Source: an uncultured Rivularia sp. (GTDB lineage: Bacteria; Cyanobacteriota; Cyanobacteriia; Cyanobacteriales; Nostocaceae). Taken from it: 64,000 nt of DNA. Under the pieces are notes generated by a model. The model searched no databases, had not been told where the DNA came from, and was given only the letters and a program-made list of their open reading frames with translations. Positions within the stretch are counted from its first letter, which is position 1; each line of letters begins with the position of its first letter. Made by a program: the position numbers and the translations under genes. The stretch covers positions 5,408,001 through 5,472,000 of the forward strand of contig OY762007.1 in NCBI GenBank assembly GCA_963665115.1, in the 5' to 3' direction. Positions 11,000 to 23,496 of this stretch are shown one piece after another.

Positions 11000-12164
11000 A
11001 TGTTACGTAAACTATTTCGCCGCACACCTTTAGCTTGGCTGCAATTAAAAAAAGAGAAAACTCGGCTCGCGATTGCGTTAGCGGGAATTGCTTTTGCCGA
11101 TATGTTGATGTTTGTTCAATTAGGGTTATCAGATGCACTCTTTGATAGCGCAACTAAACCCCATCAAACTTTGCAAGCTGATTTAGTTTTAATTAATCCT
11201 CAATTTCAAAGTTTGTTTTCAGTCAAAAGTTTTTCTAGAGAAAGATTGCAGCAAGCTTTAGCATTTGAGGGTGTAGAATCTGTTCGTCCTTTATATATTA
11301 GTACTGCTCAATGGCGGAATCCAGAAACTCGCGTCAATCGCGCAATCTTAGTATGGGGAATTGACCCCGGTAAACCCACCCTTTGATTTTCCAGAAGTAA
11401 ATAAAAACCTGGAAAAAATAAAACAACTAAATAAAGTCATCTTTGACCGCGCATCTCGTCCAGAATATGGCCCAATTCCGGATTTAATCAATCAAAAAGG
11501 AACTATAGAGACTTTGGTAAACGACCAAAATATCAAAGCCATTGGTTTATTTCAAATGGGAGCTTCCTTTGCAGCAGACGGAAATATTCTTACCAGCGAT
11601 TCAACCTTTCTAAAACTCTTTCCCAACCGAAAATCAAATCAAATTGAAGTGGGTTTAATTAAGTTAAATGTAGGTGCAGACGTAGAAAAATTAAAGTTAC
11701 AACTCAAGGCTAATCTAGCCAACGATGTCAGAGTGTTGACACCACAGGAATTCGCTCAAACCGAGAAAGATTATTGGGGAAATCAAGGTATTGGATTTAT
11801 TTTCGGTATCGGTGTAGTAGTAGGCTTTATCGTCGGTATCGTAATTGTTTATCAAATCCTCTACTCCGACGTATCCGAACACCTCCCAGAATACGCAACA
11901 CTCAAAGCGATGGGATATAGCGACGGCTATTTAATGGTGATGCTGATGCAGGAAGCTTTAATAATGTCCCTTCTGGGATTTTTACCTGGAATGTTGCTTT
12001 CAATGGGGCTATATCAAATTACTTTTGCTGCGACTTTATTACCCATTGCAATGAAAATTGACCGTGCAGTTTTCGTACTCACTTTAACTATTATTATGTG
12101 TAGCTTTTCGGGTTTAGTCGCAATGCGAAAACTCCAGAGTGCAGATCCAGCAGATGTTTTTTAG
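11000..12164 (+). CDS. DevC-family ABC exporter permease; apparent +1 frameshift at 11378-11381
   Basis: RRTPLAWLQL...AGIAFADMLMFVQLG and VYQILYSDVSEHLPEYATLKAMGY...KLQSADPADVF; removing one C gives IDPGKPTFDFPE. Confidence 0.9.
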
Positions 12165-12307
12165 ATTAAATCAAAAATTGCAGGATTCTATTGTAAAAGT
12201 GCCTAAATCTCACTTTATCTCTTCCCTTCGCGCTCTCTGCGTCTCTGCGGTTATTAAAATCGTTAATTTTATAGGGAACTAGCAATATAAATCAATCAAA
12301 CAATCTA

Positions 12308-12991
12308 ATGACTACCAATAAAAACCTTAATTCGGTCAACATGATTCGCCATCTAGGAAGATTATCCGATATAATTTTTGCTTTAGCAATGGCACTAACT
12401 ATTTTCGGGTTTGACTTCCCCAATTTGCCTACATCTATGAGTATTAGTGAAGTAAATGATTTCTTACTTTTGCAATTAGATACTCTCGGAAATTATGTAA
12501 TTACATTCGTAATTTTAGCTTTTTACTGGATAGACCATGTAAAACAGTTTAGTTATTATCAAAGAACAAATGAAATACATCTTTGGATTTATCTAGTATA
12601 TCTCATGTGTTTATTTATAATTCCTTATTCCAACGTATTAATCGCGTCTTTTCCTCAAAATGCAACAATTCAAATTTCCTATAGCATTAATGTATTCTTA
12701 ATCGGCTTCTTCTCATTTTTGAATTGGACTTACGCAACATATAAACATCATTTAGTAGATAAAAATTTAGATAAGACAACTATTCAATATATAAGAATAA
12801 CATCATTAATAGAGCCAATCGTCGCTTTAATAACGATTGTTGTTGCATTTTTAAAACCATCATTATGGGATATATCCTGGGCATCGGTAATAATTTTTTA
12901 TCTTATTGCAGAAATATTTGTTAAAAAATCTGCCGATAGCGAGTTAACAGATAATTCAAATAATGATAATAAATCTGAAGCGATAAATTAA
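12308..12991 (+). CDS. TMEM175 (DUF1211) family membrane protein with divergent signature
   Basis: RHLGRLSDIIFALAMALTI resembles RxxxFSDGVFAIA; YVITFVILAFYWIDH; about six hydrophobic segments. Confidence 0.75.
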   Translation: MTTNKNLNSVNMIRHLGRLSDIIFALAMALTIFGFDFPNLPTSMSISEVNDFLLLQLDTLGNYVITFVILAFYWIDHVKQFSYYQRTNEIHLWIYLVYLMCLFIIPYSNVLIASFPQNATIQISYSINVFLIGFFSFLNWTYATYKHHLVDKNLDKTTIQYIRITSLIEPIVALITIVVAFLKPSLWDISWASVIIFYLIAEIFVKKSADSELTDNSNNDNKSEAIN

Positions 12992-13007
12992 TGTAGGAGC
13001 TATTTTA

Positions 13008-13817
13008 ATGACAGAAGAATCAACTAATTCAATTAATAATCAAACCCGCGAAGCTTGGAATGCTACCGCCCAAGTTTGGGATGAAAAAATGGGTGATGAA
13101 GGTAACGACTTTCATAAATATTTAGTTCGTCCAGCGATAGAAAAGTTATTGCAATTAAAACTGGGACAAAAAATATTAGATGTTGGCTGTGGAAACGGTT
13201 TAACAACTCGTAGATTAGCTAGTTTGGGTGCAAAAGTTACTGGAATAGACTTTGCATCAGAAATGATTAACAATGCTCGTAAAAGGACTAAAGACAATCA
13301 AGAATTAATTAAATATCAAGTTTTAGACGCTACTAATGAAACAGCATTATTAAAATTTGGTGAAAACTCCTTTGATGCAGCAGTTTCCGCAATGACTTTA
13401 ATGGATATGGCAGAAATTGAGCCATTATTCCGAGCGCTGACAAAGTTAGTTTGTCCCGGTGGTTGTTTCATTTTTGCGATACAGCATCCTTGTTTTAACA
13501 GTATGCATACTAGCATGGCAGCAGAGTTAATAGAAAATGAAAAAGAAATTTATACAAAATATTCCGTTAAGGTTAAAGGCTATCTAAAACCTAGTCAAAA
13601 GCGCGGATTAGCATTAGAAAATCAACCGCAGCCACATACTTATTTTCATCGTCCTTTACATATTTTGTTAAATACAGCTTTTAAAGCTGGTTTTGTTCTA
13701 GATGGATTAGAAGAACCCGCTTTTCCTCCGGAATTAGCTGCTAAAAATATTTACATTGGTTGGTCAAAATTTAGCGAAATTCCACCCGTAATTGTGGCAA
13801 AATTACGACTTTTATAA
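13008..13817 (+). CDS. Class I SAM-dependent methyltransferase
   Basis: ILDVGCGNG motif I, VTGIDFASEMI, FDAAVS, HPCF, YFHRPL. Confidence 0.92.
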   Translation: MTEESTNSINNQTREAWNATAQVWDEKMGDEGNDFHKYLVRPAIEKLLQLKLGQKILDVGCGNGLTTRRLASLGAKVTGIDFASEMINNARKRTKDNQELIKYQVLDATNETALLKFGENSFDAAVSAMTLMDMAEIEPLFRALTKLVCPGGCFIFAIQHPCFNSMHTSMAAELIENEKEIYTKYSVKVKGYLKPSQKRGLALENQPQPHTYFHRPLHILLNTAFKAGFVLDGLEEPAFPPELAAKNIYIGWSKFSEIPPVIVAKLRLL

Positions 13818-13818
13818 T

Positions 13819-13845
13819 GTAGAGACGCTATATATCGCGTCTCTA
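13819..13845. repeat. REP-like palindrome (GTAGAGACG...CGTCTCTA family); degenerate relatives near 6406-6430 and 7219-7248
   Basis: TAGAGACGC-8nt-GCGTCTCTA perfect 9-bp stem. Confidence 0.7.
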
Positions 13846-13872
13846 AAAACCACAAATTACCAATTACAAATC

Positions 13873-14580
13873 ATGTCACCACAACCCGTAATCTCTGTAA
13901 AAAATCTCAACCATTACTTCGGGGATAAAAATCTCCGCAAACAAGTATTATTCGATATCAACTTAAATATTCATGCTGGCGAAATTGTAATTTTAACTGG
14001 CCCCTCTGGCTCCGGAAAAACAACTTTACTAACTTTAATGGGTGGCTTACGTTCCGCCCAAGAAGGTAGTTTGAAGATTTTAAAACAAGAAATACATGGA
14101 GCAAGCAAGCAGCAATTAACTAAAATTCGTCAATACATCGGCTATATTTTTCAAGCTCATAACTTGATGAGCTTTTTAACAGCTAAACAAAACGTCAAAA
14201 TGTCTTTAGAACTACACGACGAATTTTTAGAACAGAATATTGATGTTAAAGCTATAGAAATTTTAGAGCAAGTCGGATTAGGAGATCGAGTAGATTATTA
14301 TCCAGAAAGTTTATCAGGAGGACAAAAACAAAGAGTGGCGATCGCTCGTGCTTTAGCCAGTAATCCCAAAATAGTTTTAGCCGATGAACCAACAGCTGCT
14401 CTTGATAAGAAATCAGGACGGGATGTAGTGGAAATTATGTATAAATTAGCTAAAGAACAAGGTTGTACAATTTTGTTAGTCACCCACGATAACCGTATTT
14501 TAGATATTGGTGACAGAATCATTTATATGGAAGATGGATTGATTCGTGATGGGGTTGATGCTGCTACGAAAGTAAGTTGA
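13873..14580 (+). CDS. DevA-family ABC exporter ATPase
   Basis: [51 protein letters not shown]. Confidence 0.93.
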   Translation: MSPQPVISVKNLNHYFGDKNLRKQVLFDINLNIHAGEIVILTGPSGSGKTTLLTLMGGLRSAQEGSLKILKQEIHGASKQQLTKIRQYIGYIFQAHNLMSFLTAKQNVKMSLELHDEFLEQNIDVKAIEILEQVGLGDRVDYYPESLSGGQKQRVAIARALASNPKIVLADEPTAALDKKSGRDVVEIMYKLAKEQGCTILLVTHDNRILDIGDRIIYMEDGLIRDGVDAATKVS

Positions 14581-14758
14581 TTTTTATCGGTAATGGGTAA
14601 TTGATAATTGGTAATTAGTGATAGCGTAGAAGAATATAAACTGAAAATATTGACTAATATTCCCGCTAAGATAGCAATAACTTTTAGTCCTATTTATAGA
14701 ATTTACGCTATTAGCTTGGAGTTTGCGACCTTAAGCGGATCTAAATAATTTCAATAAT

Positions 14759-15532
14759 ATGAACTTAATTCAAAACACATCTTCATTATCAAAAGTTAAA
14801 CCAGAATATCGAAAACTATTAAATGAATTAAAAACAAAAATTGAAAATAGCTTTACTACAGATTTAATTGCTTATTACCTATTAGGAAGCATCGGACGTG
14901 GAGAGGATAAACCTGGTATTTCCGATATGGACACAGAAATTATTATAAAATGTCAAATTACCGATGAAGATAAAGTATGGTTAGATAAACTTAGAGCCGA
15001 AATTGAACCCAAATATCCTATTCTTGAGCGGCTTGATATTGATTTAATCGAACAGAAGGAATTTGATGAACCAGGTATAGAACAATTCAAATTTATTCTT
15101 AAAACTGATAGTGTCCTGATTTGCGGTCAAGATATTACAGCTTCATTTAAATCGTTTTCGCCAGGTTTAGAACTAGCTCAACTTTTAAATCATAAATACC
15201 GCGATTTACTTGAAGAACTAATAAATTATCTTCCCGAACCGGACAAAGAAGACCAAAATCATCCAGAATATATAAAAGACCATATACGATGGATAGCTAA
15301 AAAGGCATTACGTTTAAGTCTGGGTATTATCATGGTTGATGAACCATACTATACAAGAAGTATGGAAGAAATGGCGAAGAAATTTGCGGAAAAATATCCC
15401 ATTTATCAATCTCAAATACAAAAAACTTTACTTCAATATCATCAACCGACAAATGATTTAGATGAAGCAATTGCCTTTTGTCACGAACTTAGCGAAACAA
15501 TATATCAACTTGCGGATGAAAAATTAATCTAA
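14759..15532 (+). CDS. Pol-beta superfamily nucleotidyltransferase domain protein with helical C-terminal domain
   Basis: YLLGSIGRGEDKPGISDMD fits hGSx(n)DxD; later LDID acidic strand. Confidence 0.75.
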   Translation: MNLIQNTSSLSKVKPEYRKLLNELKTKIENSFTTDLIAYYLLGSIGRGEDKPGISDMDTEIIIKCQITDEDKVWLDKLRAEIEPKYPILERLDIDLIEQKEFDEPGIEQFKFILKTDSVLICGQDITASFKSFSPGLELAQLLNHKYRDLLEELINYLPEPDKEDQNHPEYIKDHIRWIAKKALRLSLGIIMVDEPYYTRSMEEMAKKFAEKYPIYQSQIQKTLLQYHQPTNDLDEAIAFCHELSETIYQLADEKLI

Positions 15533-15566
15533 ACTAAAAAAAGACACGAAATCGGTGGATAATTTT

Positions 15567-16316
15567 ATGGTTGAACAAATTTTAGTATCTGACGATAACT
15601 TCTATATCCCAGACGTTAACAAATTAGTTACCGAAGACGATACGCCTGTGGATAATTTTGCTTCCGAAAAACAACAACGGCTTTTAGTCGGTTCTCTTTA
15701 CAGTTCTTTACAAAATCAAACTTTTATAGCAGCAGCAAATGTTGGAATCTATCATATATACAAACAACCTCCTATAGTTCCCGATGTGTTCCTCAGCTTC
15801 GATGTTCAAGTACCGGAAAACTGGTGGGAAAAACGCAATCGTTGTTATCTGGTTTGGGAATTTGGTAAACCTCCAGAAGTTGTAATTGAAATTGTCTCGA
15901 ATAAAATCGGCGATGAATTGGGCGATAAACTAAAAACTTACGAACATATGCGAGTAAGTTATTACATAGTATATGACCCGACTCAGCAATTAGGAGAAAA
16001 ACAGCTTCGGATATACGAGCTTGTTGGAAGACGTTTTAGAGAAACTTCGGAAACCTGGTTAGAACAAGTTGAACTAGGTTTAACTTTATGGGAGGGAGAA
16101 TTTGAAGGAAGACAAGATACTTGGTTACGTTGGTGCTACCAAGATGGTACCGTTTTACCGACAGGAGACGAACGCGCTCAAACTGCCGAACAACGCGCCC
16201 AAACAGCACAACAACAAGCCGAAGATGAAAAACAGCAAAAACAACAAGCGCTTTCTCGTGCGGAACTTTTAGCTGAAAAATTGCGTGAAATGGGTGTCAA
16301 TCCAGATGATTTATAA
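15567..16316 (+). CDS. Uma2 family putative endonuclease, paralogue of 6491-7222
   Basis: Same motifs and long near-identical stretches (LVTEDDTPVDNFASEKQQRLL; ETWLEQVELGLTLWEGEFEGRQD). Confidence 0.9.
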   Translation: MVEQILVSDDNFYIPDVNKLVTEDDTPVDNFASEKQQRLLVGSLYSSLQNQTFIAAANVGIYHIYKQPPIVPDVFLSFDVQVPENWWEKRNRCYLVWEFGKPPEVVIEIVSNKIGDELGDKLKTYEHMRVSYYIVYDPTQQLGEKQLRIYELVGRRFRETSETWLEQVELGLTLWEGEFEGRQDTWLRWCYQDGTVLPTGDERAQTAEQRAQTAQQQAEDEKQQKQQALSRAELLAEKLREMGVNPDDL

Positions 16317-16321
16317 AAATA

Positions 16322-17071
16322 TTATTTCGTTGCAACATACTTTTTAACAGCTTCCTTCCAAATTAAATAAGCTTTGCCGTTTAAATGTACGCCATCTGTC
16401 GTATATTTAACATCTAATTGATTTTCGGAATCTGCTAATTTAGAAAATACATCTATATATTGATAATTAAATTCTTTTGCTAATTCTTGCAATTGCGAGT
16501 TGAATTTAATTACCTTTTGATTATTTTCCAAAAAATAAGTTAAGTTATTATTTACCGGCAGAACACTTTGAATATATACTTCTGTTTGTGGAATTTTATT
16601 TTGAAACTCTTCTAAAATAATTTTATATTTACTCAATACTTCTTCTATTGATTTCTTTTCATTAACAAAATCATTAATCCCAACCATCAAAAAAATCTGC
16701 TTTGGCTTTGTCTGAATAATCGCATCCAAACGATTCAATATTCTTCGCGTTGTGTCGCCAGAAATCCCTCGATTGAGAATATGTTTATTTTCTAATAACT
16801 CTACCCATTCGCCTTCATCGGTTATACTATCTCCTAAAAATATAATAGAATCATTTGATTGCGTAAGTATTTCAAATTGACTCTTTTTATGTTTGTAATA
16901 AGAATTGATATTCAAATCGGTTTGAATATTTTTCTTACCCAGAGTTAAAAGTTTGCTTTTTATATAATAAATTCCACCATTTCGGAAAATTATAGAAAGT
17001 ACAAACAATAAAACTAAAACATTAAAGCTTATAGAAATTAGCAGTAATAGGCTATTAAGATTGTAGTTCAT
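16322..17071 (-). CDS. GDSL/SGNH lipase-esterase with N-terminal membrane anchor
   Basis: FLGDSIT, NRGISGD, GIND, DGVHLN blocks. Confidence 0.9.
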   Translation of the reverse strand: MNYNLNSLLLLISISFNVLVLLFVLSIIFRNGGIYYIKSKLLTLGKKNIQTDLNINSYYKHKKSQFEILTQSNDSIIFLGDSITDEGEWVELLENKHILNRGISGDTTRRILNRLDAIIQTKPKQIFLMVGINDFVNEKKSIEEVLSKYKIILEEFQNKIPQTEVYIQSVLPVNNNLTYFLENNQKVIKFNSQLQELAKEFNYQYIDVFSKLADSENQLDVKYTTDGVHLNGKAYLIWKEAVKKYVATK

Positions 17072-17193
17072 CCTACTATTTTTAATTCTAAGAAAACTAA
17101 TAAAGAAGCGCTTATGCATTTTAGAACACGCCAGTATTTCTAAATTCGGTATTACCAATAATTGAAATTTAAGCAATACACAACTTTGATTAA

Positions 17194-18192
17194 TTAGGAT
17201 TTTACTGGAATGAAATCATTTACATTGTCATTATTGATAAATTTTTGAATTCGCAACCAAACCTGTTCTAACAAATCCGGAGATTCAGTATCAAACCATT
17301 CAATTTGAGAATTTTTTCTAAACCAAGTCCGCTGACGTTTTGCGAATTGACGTGTATGTAAAACCGTTAATTCCTTCGCTTCATCTAAAGAAATATTTCC
17401 TGCTAAATATTGCTTTATCTCTTGATAACCCAAAGTGTTGAGTAAGGGTAAATCCTTGCCATACTTCTGACAAAGATATTCGACTTCCTCAACAAAACCA
17501 TTCTCTACCATACTCTCGGTTCTACGTGCAATGCGATTTGTCAGGTGAGCAACATCGCAATCTAAACCAATTTGCAGAATCGGATAATCCGGTGGATTTT
17601 CTCCCTGCAACTCCGAAATAGGACTACCAGTAATATAAAATACCTCTAATGCCCTCAAAGTCCGGACAGAATCGTGGGGATGAATTTTTTGTGCTGCAAA
17701 AGAGTCAACTTGTTGTAACATAGCGTAGAGTTGGGTTTGACCAATGCTAATAAGTTGCGATCGCAATTCTTTCTGAGGTGCTACTCTGGGAATTTTCATC
17801 CCACGCACGATTGATTTAATATACAATCCAGTACCGCCGACTAGGAAGGTGGGAAGATGGGGAGATTGGGAGACAAGGGGAAAAGGAGACAAGGGGATGG
17901 GGAGAATATCTTCTAAACTTTGACCTTTAACCTCTAACCTTTGACCTAAAATCCTTTGTGCTTGTTGTTGATAGTCAGCAACCGTCATTGTGTCGATTGG
18001 ACTGCATATATCAATTAAATAATGGGGCACTAACTTTTGTTCGGAAATTGTTGGTTTTGCGGTGCCGATGTTAAATTCCCGGTATACTTGGCGAGAATCA
18101 GCACTGACTATGATGGAATTACAGCGTTGAGCTAAAGCCAAAGCTAATCCGGATTTACCTGTTGCTGTTGCACCACAAATTACAATTAACAT
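17194..18192 (-). CDS. miaA: tRNA dimethylallyltransferase
   Basis: GATATGKS, SADSRQVY, IGTAKP, VGGTGLY, TRQFAKRQRTWF; carries a repeat-derived insertion. Confidence 0.96.
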   Translation of the reverse strand: MLIVICGATATGKSGLALALAQRCNSIIVSADSRQVYREFNIGTAKPTISEQKLVPHYLIDICSPIDTMTVADYQQQAQRILGQRLEVKGQSLEDILPIPLSPFPLVSQSPHLPTFLVGGTGLYIKSIVRGMKIPRVAPQKELRSQLISIGQTQLYAMLQQVDSFAAQKIHPHDSVRTLRALEVFYITGSPISELQGENPPDYPILQIGLDCDVAHLTNRIARRTESMVENGFVEEVEYLCQKYGKDLPLLNTLGYQEIKQYLAGNISLDEAKELTVLHTRQFAKRQRTWFRKNSQIEWFDTESPDLLEQVWLRIQKFINNDNVNDFIPVKS

Positions 18193-18570
18193 AAGGATTT
18201 CGATTTAATCTTTACTTATTGGGATTCCGTTTCCAACACTATTCCCCGTTCCCTGTTCCCTTTTTCACAACCCAACCTTCAATCTAAAACCTAAAACTAT
18301 TCCCCTAAAAACAAAAAGAAATAATTTTTAACTTTTAACTTTTAATTTATAATTTTTTATCGACTAGTTTTTTCTAACTGGATTTTCGCGAGTCAAAGCC
18401 TTTATGTGCAGTCATAGAGCGTACTTATCCTTAGCTGGAATGAGTACAATTTCTCATAAATGCCATTATTTTAACCGGGTATTGCCAGAAGGATAAATTT
18501 CACTTCTAACACCTCTAGATTCCCCTGCAAGGCTTTTGTGCTAGAATCTGGGAGTGTTTTTGAGTTTTGA

Positions 18571-20553
<1,983 letters not shown>

Positions 20554-20594
20554 TATCCACTTTGGTTCAAATTTTGAATTATTTATTGTTATTG

Positions 20595-20645
20595 GCGATC
20601 GGTAAGTGACTTTGAGGAGACAACACAATTACCGATCGCTTTTTT
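20595..20645 (+). terminator. Intrinsic terminator after gyrB
   Basis: GCGATCGGTAA...TTACCGATCGC 11-bp stem followed by a T run. Confidence 0.75.
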
Positions 20646-22173
20646 GATGACTATAAATTGGAGTAGCTGTCTGCTCTCGAATATATATTTTTAAACAATT
20701 GAGGGTTGATTATTTCATTTAATCAACTATAATTTATACTCCTAGAATCCGGAAAATTACTATATGCAGTTTGATTGACTAAATCATTGTAGTAACATAA
20801 CGCAATTGATTCAAAGCAGATACTGAATATACTAAAAAGTAAATTTGTCAATCTTCCGGAAGAGGTAAGGTGAAAAATGAACAGAATATCCAGGATAGTA
20901 GCTTTATGATTTTTTGAAAATGTGTCAAAAGGTCGATGAATTTTGAGTATATATTACTGAGTTTCTATTCCTATAGAAGTATAATTATTTCTCCGGGAAT
21001 AAGAAATACGCAATTGTAAAGTATACTGTCTTTTACGCTTGTTGCACTAAGGCGATCAATTTGGCATTTGTTCTAGGTAAAGGCAACTGCTAATTAACTA
21101 ATGAACTGGCTTTTTCGATACTAAATGCAACGTTCTGCCGAACATGGTAATTGATTAAAGTATCTATGTATCAAGCTCCAAAATTTTGTCAAGAATCTTA
21201 AGGCTGAAATTTGAATGGTGCGTTAAGGTGTAGTTATAAGCAAGTGGATTCAATTGAACGGTTTGCTTAGCTACAAAGAGTAATCTTGGATGAGCATCTA
21301 TATTTTCAGCCAAGAAATCCTAATAAAAGGTATAAGTATCGTAAATTACGATTTTGCCTTGCCTCTACTTGAATTGGATAGAGGGTAAAACAAGAACCGA
21401 CGGTCGCGGTATCTACATCTAATTTTTACGAGAGAATATAACAACCGCAATGCATGACTTGTAAAGTCTTCATCAACATTAATCGCTCTAATTCAACCAG
21501 AATTACGAACGGTTGGGTAATTCCCTCTACGTAATGAAGTTGTATTTGTAGACTTGAAACATAAATATAACTGTATGAATGGTTCTTTTACATTGAGAAT
21601 GTTCAGTGTAATTCCTTTTATTTTGGAAAAAATTACACAATATACCTACAATCTTCAATGTGTTTCTGCTAAAACAGACCATTAATAAGTTTATAACTTT
21701 ATGGATACGACAGTCAGGCATAGTGCAATTTCTGTGAAACAGGCTACAATCGGAACAGTCTTTCTGGAAAATCTTACCCAAGTCATATTACTTTATATAT
21801 GAGGGGGGTTGATGACCCGAAAGTTTAATTTTTCTAAAAACAAGTCGGAAGTTTTAAGTAACGACATTGATCGTGGTGTTTACTTTTCACAACGCCGGAA
21901 GTTACCCGAATTAAAAGCGACCATTAGACAGACAATGTGCTTTTTGTGTAACCACAGAGTTGGCACTTTGTTGTCTAAATGAAAGTAATTGATGGGCGTA
22001 TAATGGTCGTACTTAAGTACAACCAATACAAAAACTTTCCACGTTTGTCGAAAAGTGGGCGATCGCCCGAATTATTTATAAAAACGTCTTTCTAGCTGTC
22101 TAACAAATAGCTGTATTGTCGGAAAAACACCACCCAAAGTAATTGATTCTGCAAGGAGCATGAGGAACGCGGC

Positions 22174-23347
22174 ATGAACCAGGCTAACAACGTACTCGAA
22201 AATATTTATCAACCTAACCTGGGAGTGATAAATCGGCCCGAGATGGAGTTAGAAATCTTAATCGATGACGAAGAAGAAGAAGAAGATTTAGCTAATGAAG
22301 GTGAAGAAGAAGAATTTGTAGGGGCCTGCTGGCGGAGCTAACACAGCAAAAGCTGCAAAAGCTGCTAAAAGTCGTCGTCGGACACAAGCCAAGAAAAAGC
22401 ATTACACCGAAGATTCAATTCGCCTGTATTTACAGGAAATCGGTAGAATTCGCCTTCTACGAGCAGACGAAGAAATTGAATTAGCACGTAAAATTGCCGA
22501 TTTGCTCGAATTAGAGAGAGTCGGCGATAGATTAGTGCAGCAGTTGGAACGCCAACCCCAAGAGAGCGAATGGGCAGAAGCGGTACAATTACCTTTGCAA
22601 AAGTTCCGCTATCGCCTTCACGTCGGACGTAGGGCGAAAGACAAAATGGTTCAATCTAACCTGCGCCTTGTAGTTTCGATTGCTAAGAAATACATGAATC
22701 GCGGCTTATCTTTCCAAGATTTGATTCAGGAAGGTAGTCTTGGTTTGATTCGCGCTGCTGAAAAGTTTGACCACGAAAAAGGTTATAAGTTTTCAACCTA
22801 CGCTACATGGTGGATTCGTCAGGCTATTACTCGTGCGATCGCCGACCAATCTCGGACGATTCGTCTACCAGTTCACCTTTACGAAACCATCTCCCGCATT
22901 AAGAAAACTACTAAGCTACTTTCTCAAGAAATGGGACGCAAACCCACTGAGGAAGAAATAGCAACTCGTATGGAGATGACTATTGAAAAGCTGAGATTTA
23001 TTGCTAAATCTGCTCAGCTACCAATTTCTTTGGAAACTCCTATCGGTAAAGAAGAAGATTCCCGTTTGGGTGACTTTATCGAGTCCGATGGCGAAACACC
23101 AGAAGACCAAGTTTCTAAGAGTTTACTACGCGAAGACCTTGAAAAAGTTTTAGATAGTCTCAGCCCTCGCGAACGCGATGTTCTCAGATTGCGTTATGGC
23201 TTAGATGATGGTCGCATGAAAACTCTTGAAGAGATTGGACAAATTTTTAACGTAACTCGCGAACGTATTCGTCAAATTGAGGCAAAAGCACTTCGTAAGC
23301 TGCGCCACCCCAATCGTAATAGCGTTCTTAAAGAATATATCCGCTAG
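22174..23347 (+). CDS. sigA: Principal RNA polymerase sigma factor SigA/RpoD; apparent +1 frameshift at 22321-22326
   Basis: [14 protein letters not shown]... from ATG 22174; removing one G from GGGGCC gives ...[23 protein letters not shown] in frame with [34 protein letters not shown]. Confidence 0.95.
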
Positions 23348-23399
23348 AAAATATTTAGATTAGGTCGTTTGTCATTATTAATTAATAACGAACGATTAC

Positions 23400-23439
23400 A
23401 AAAAGACCTGGGAGTATTAATTATCTCTCAGGTCTTTTT
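23400..23439. terminator. Bidirectional terminator between sigA and hli
   Basis: AAAAAGACCTGGGAG...CTCTCAGGTCTTTTT, A run left and T run right. Confidence 0.75.
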
Positions 23440-23496
23440 CTATTTATAAAATAATTTTAAACCGTTAATATCGAATAGTATCCGATGTTTCAAAAT

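Noticed and set aside
7961..14580. Calling the exporter the heterocyst devBCA operon itself
   Set aside because: Nostocales encode many DevBCA paralogues; TetR control and interleaved enzymes indicate a paralogue, so no symbols were assigned.
21527..21781. 84-aa minus-strand ORF upstream of sigA
   Set aside because: TTG start and atypical Cys/Phe-rich composition; likely chance ORF in regulatory DNA.
22009..22020. GTACTTAAGTAC as a LexA box upstream of sigA
   Set aside because: Both outer positions deviate from the RGTACNNNDGTWCB consensus; insufficient alone.
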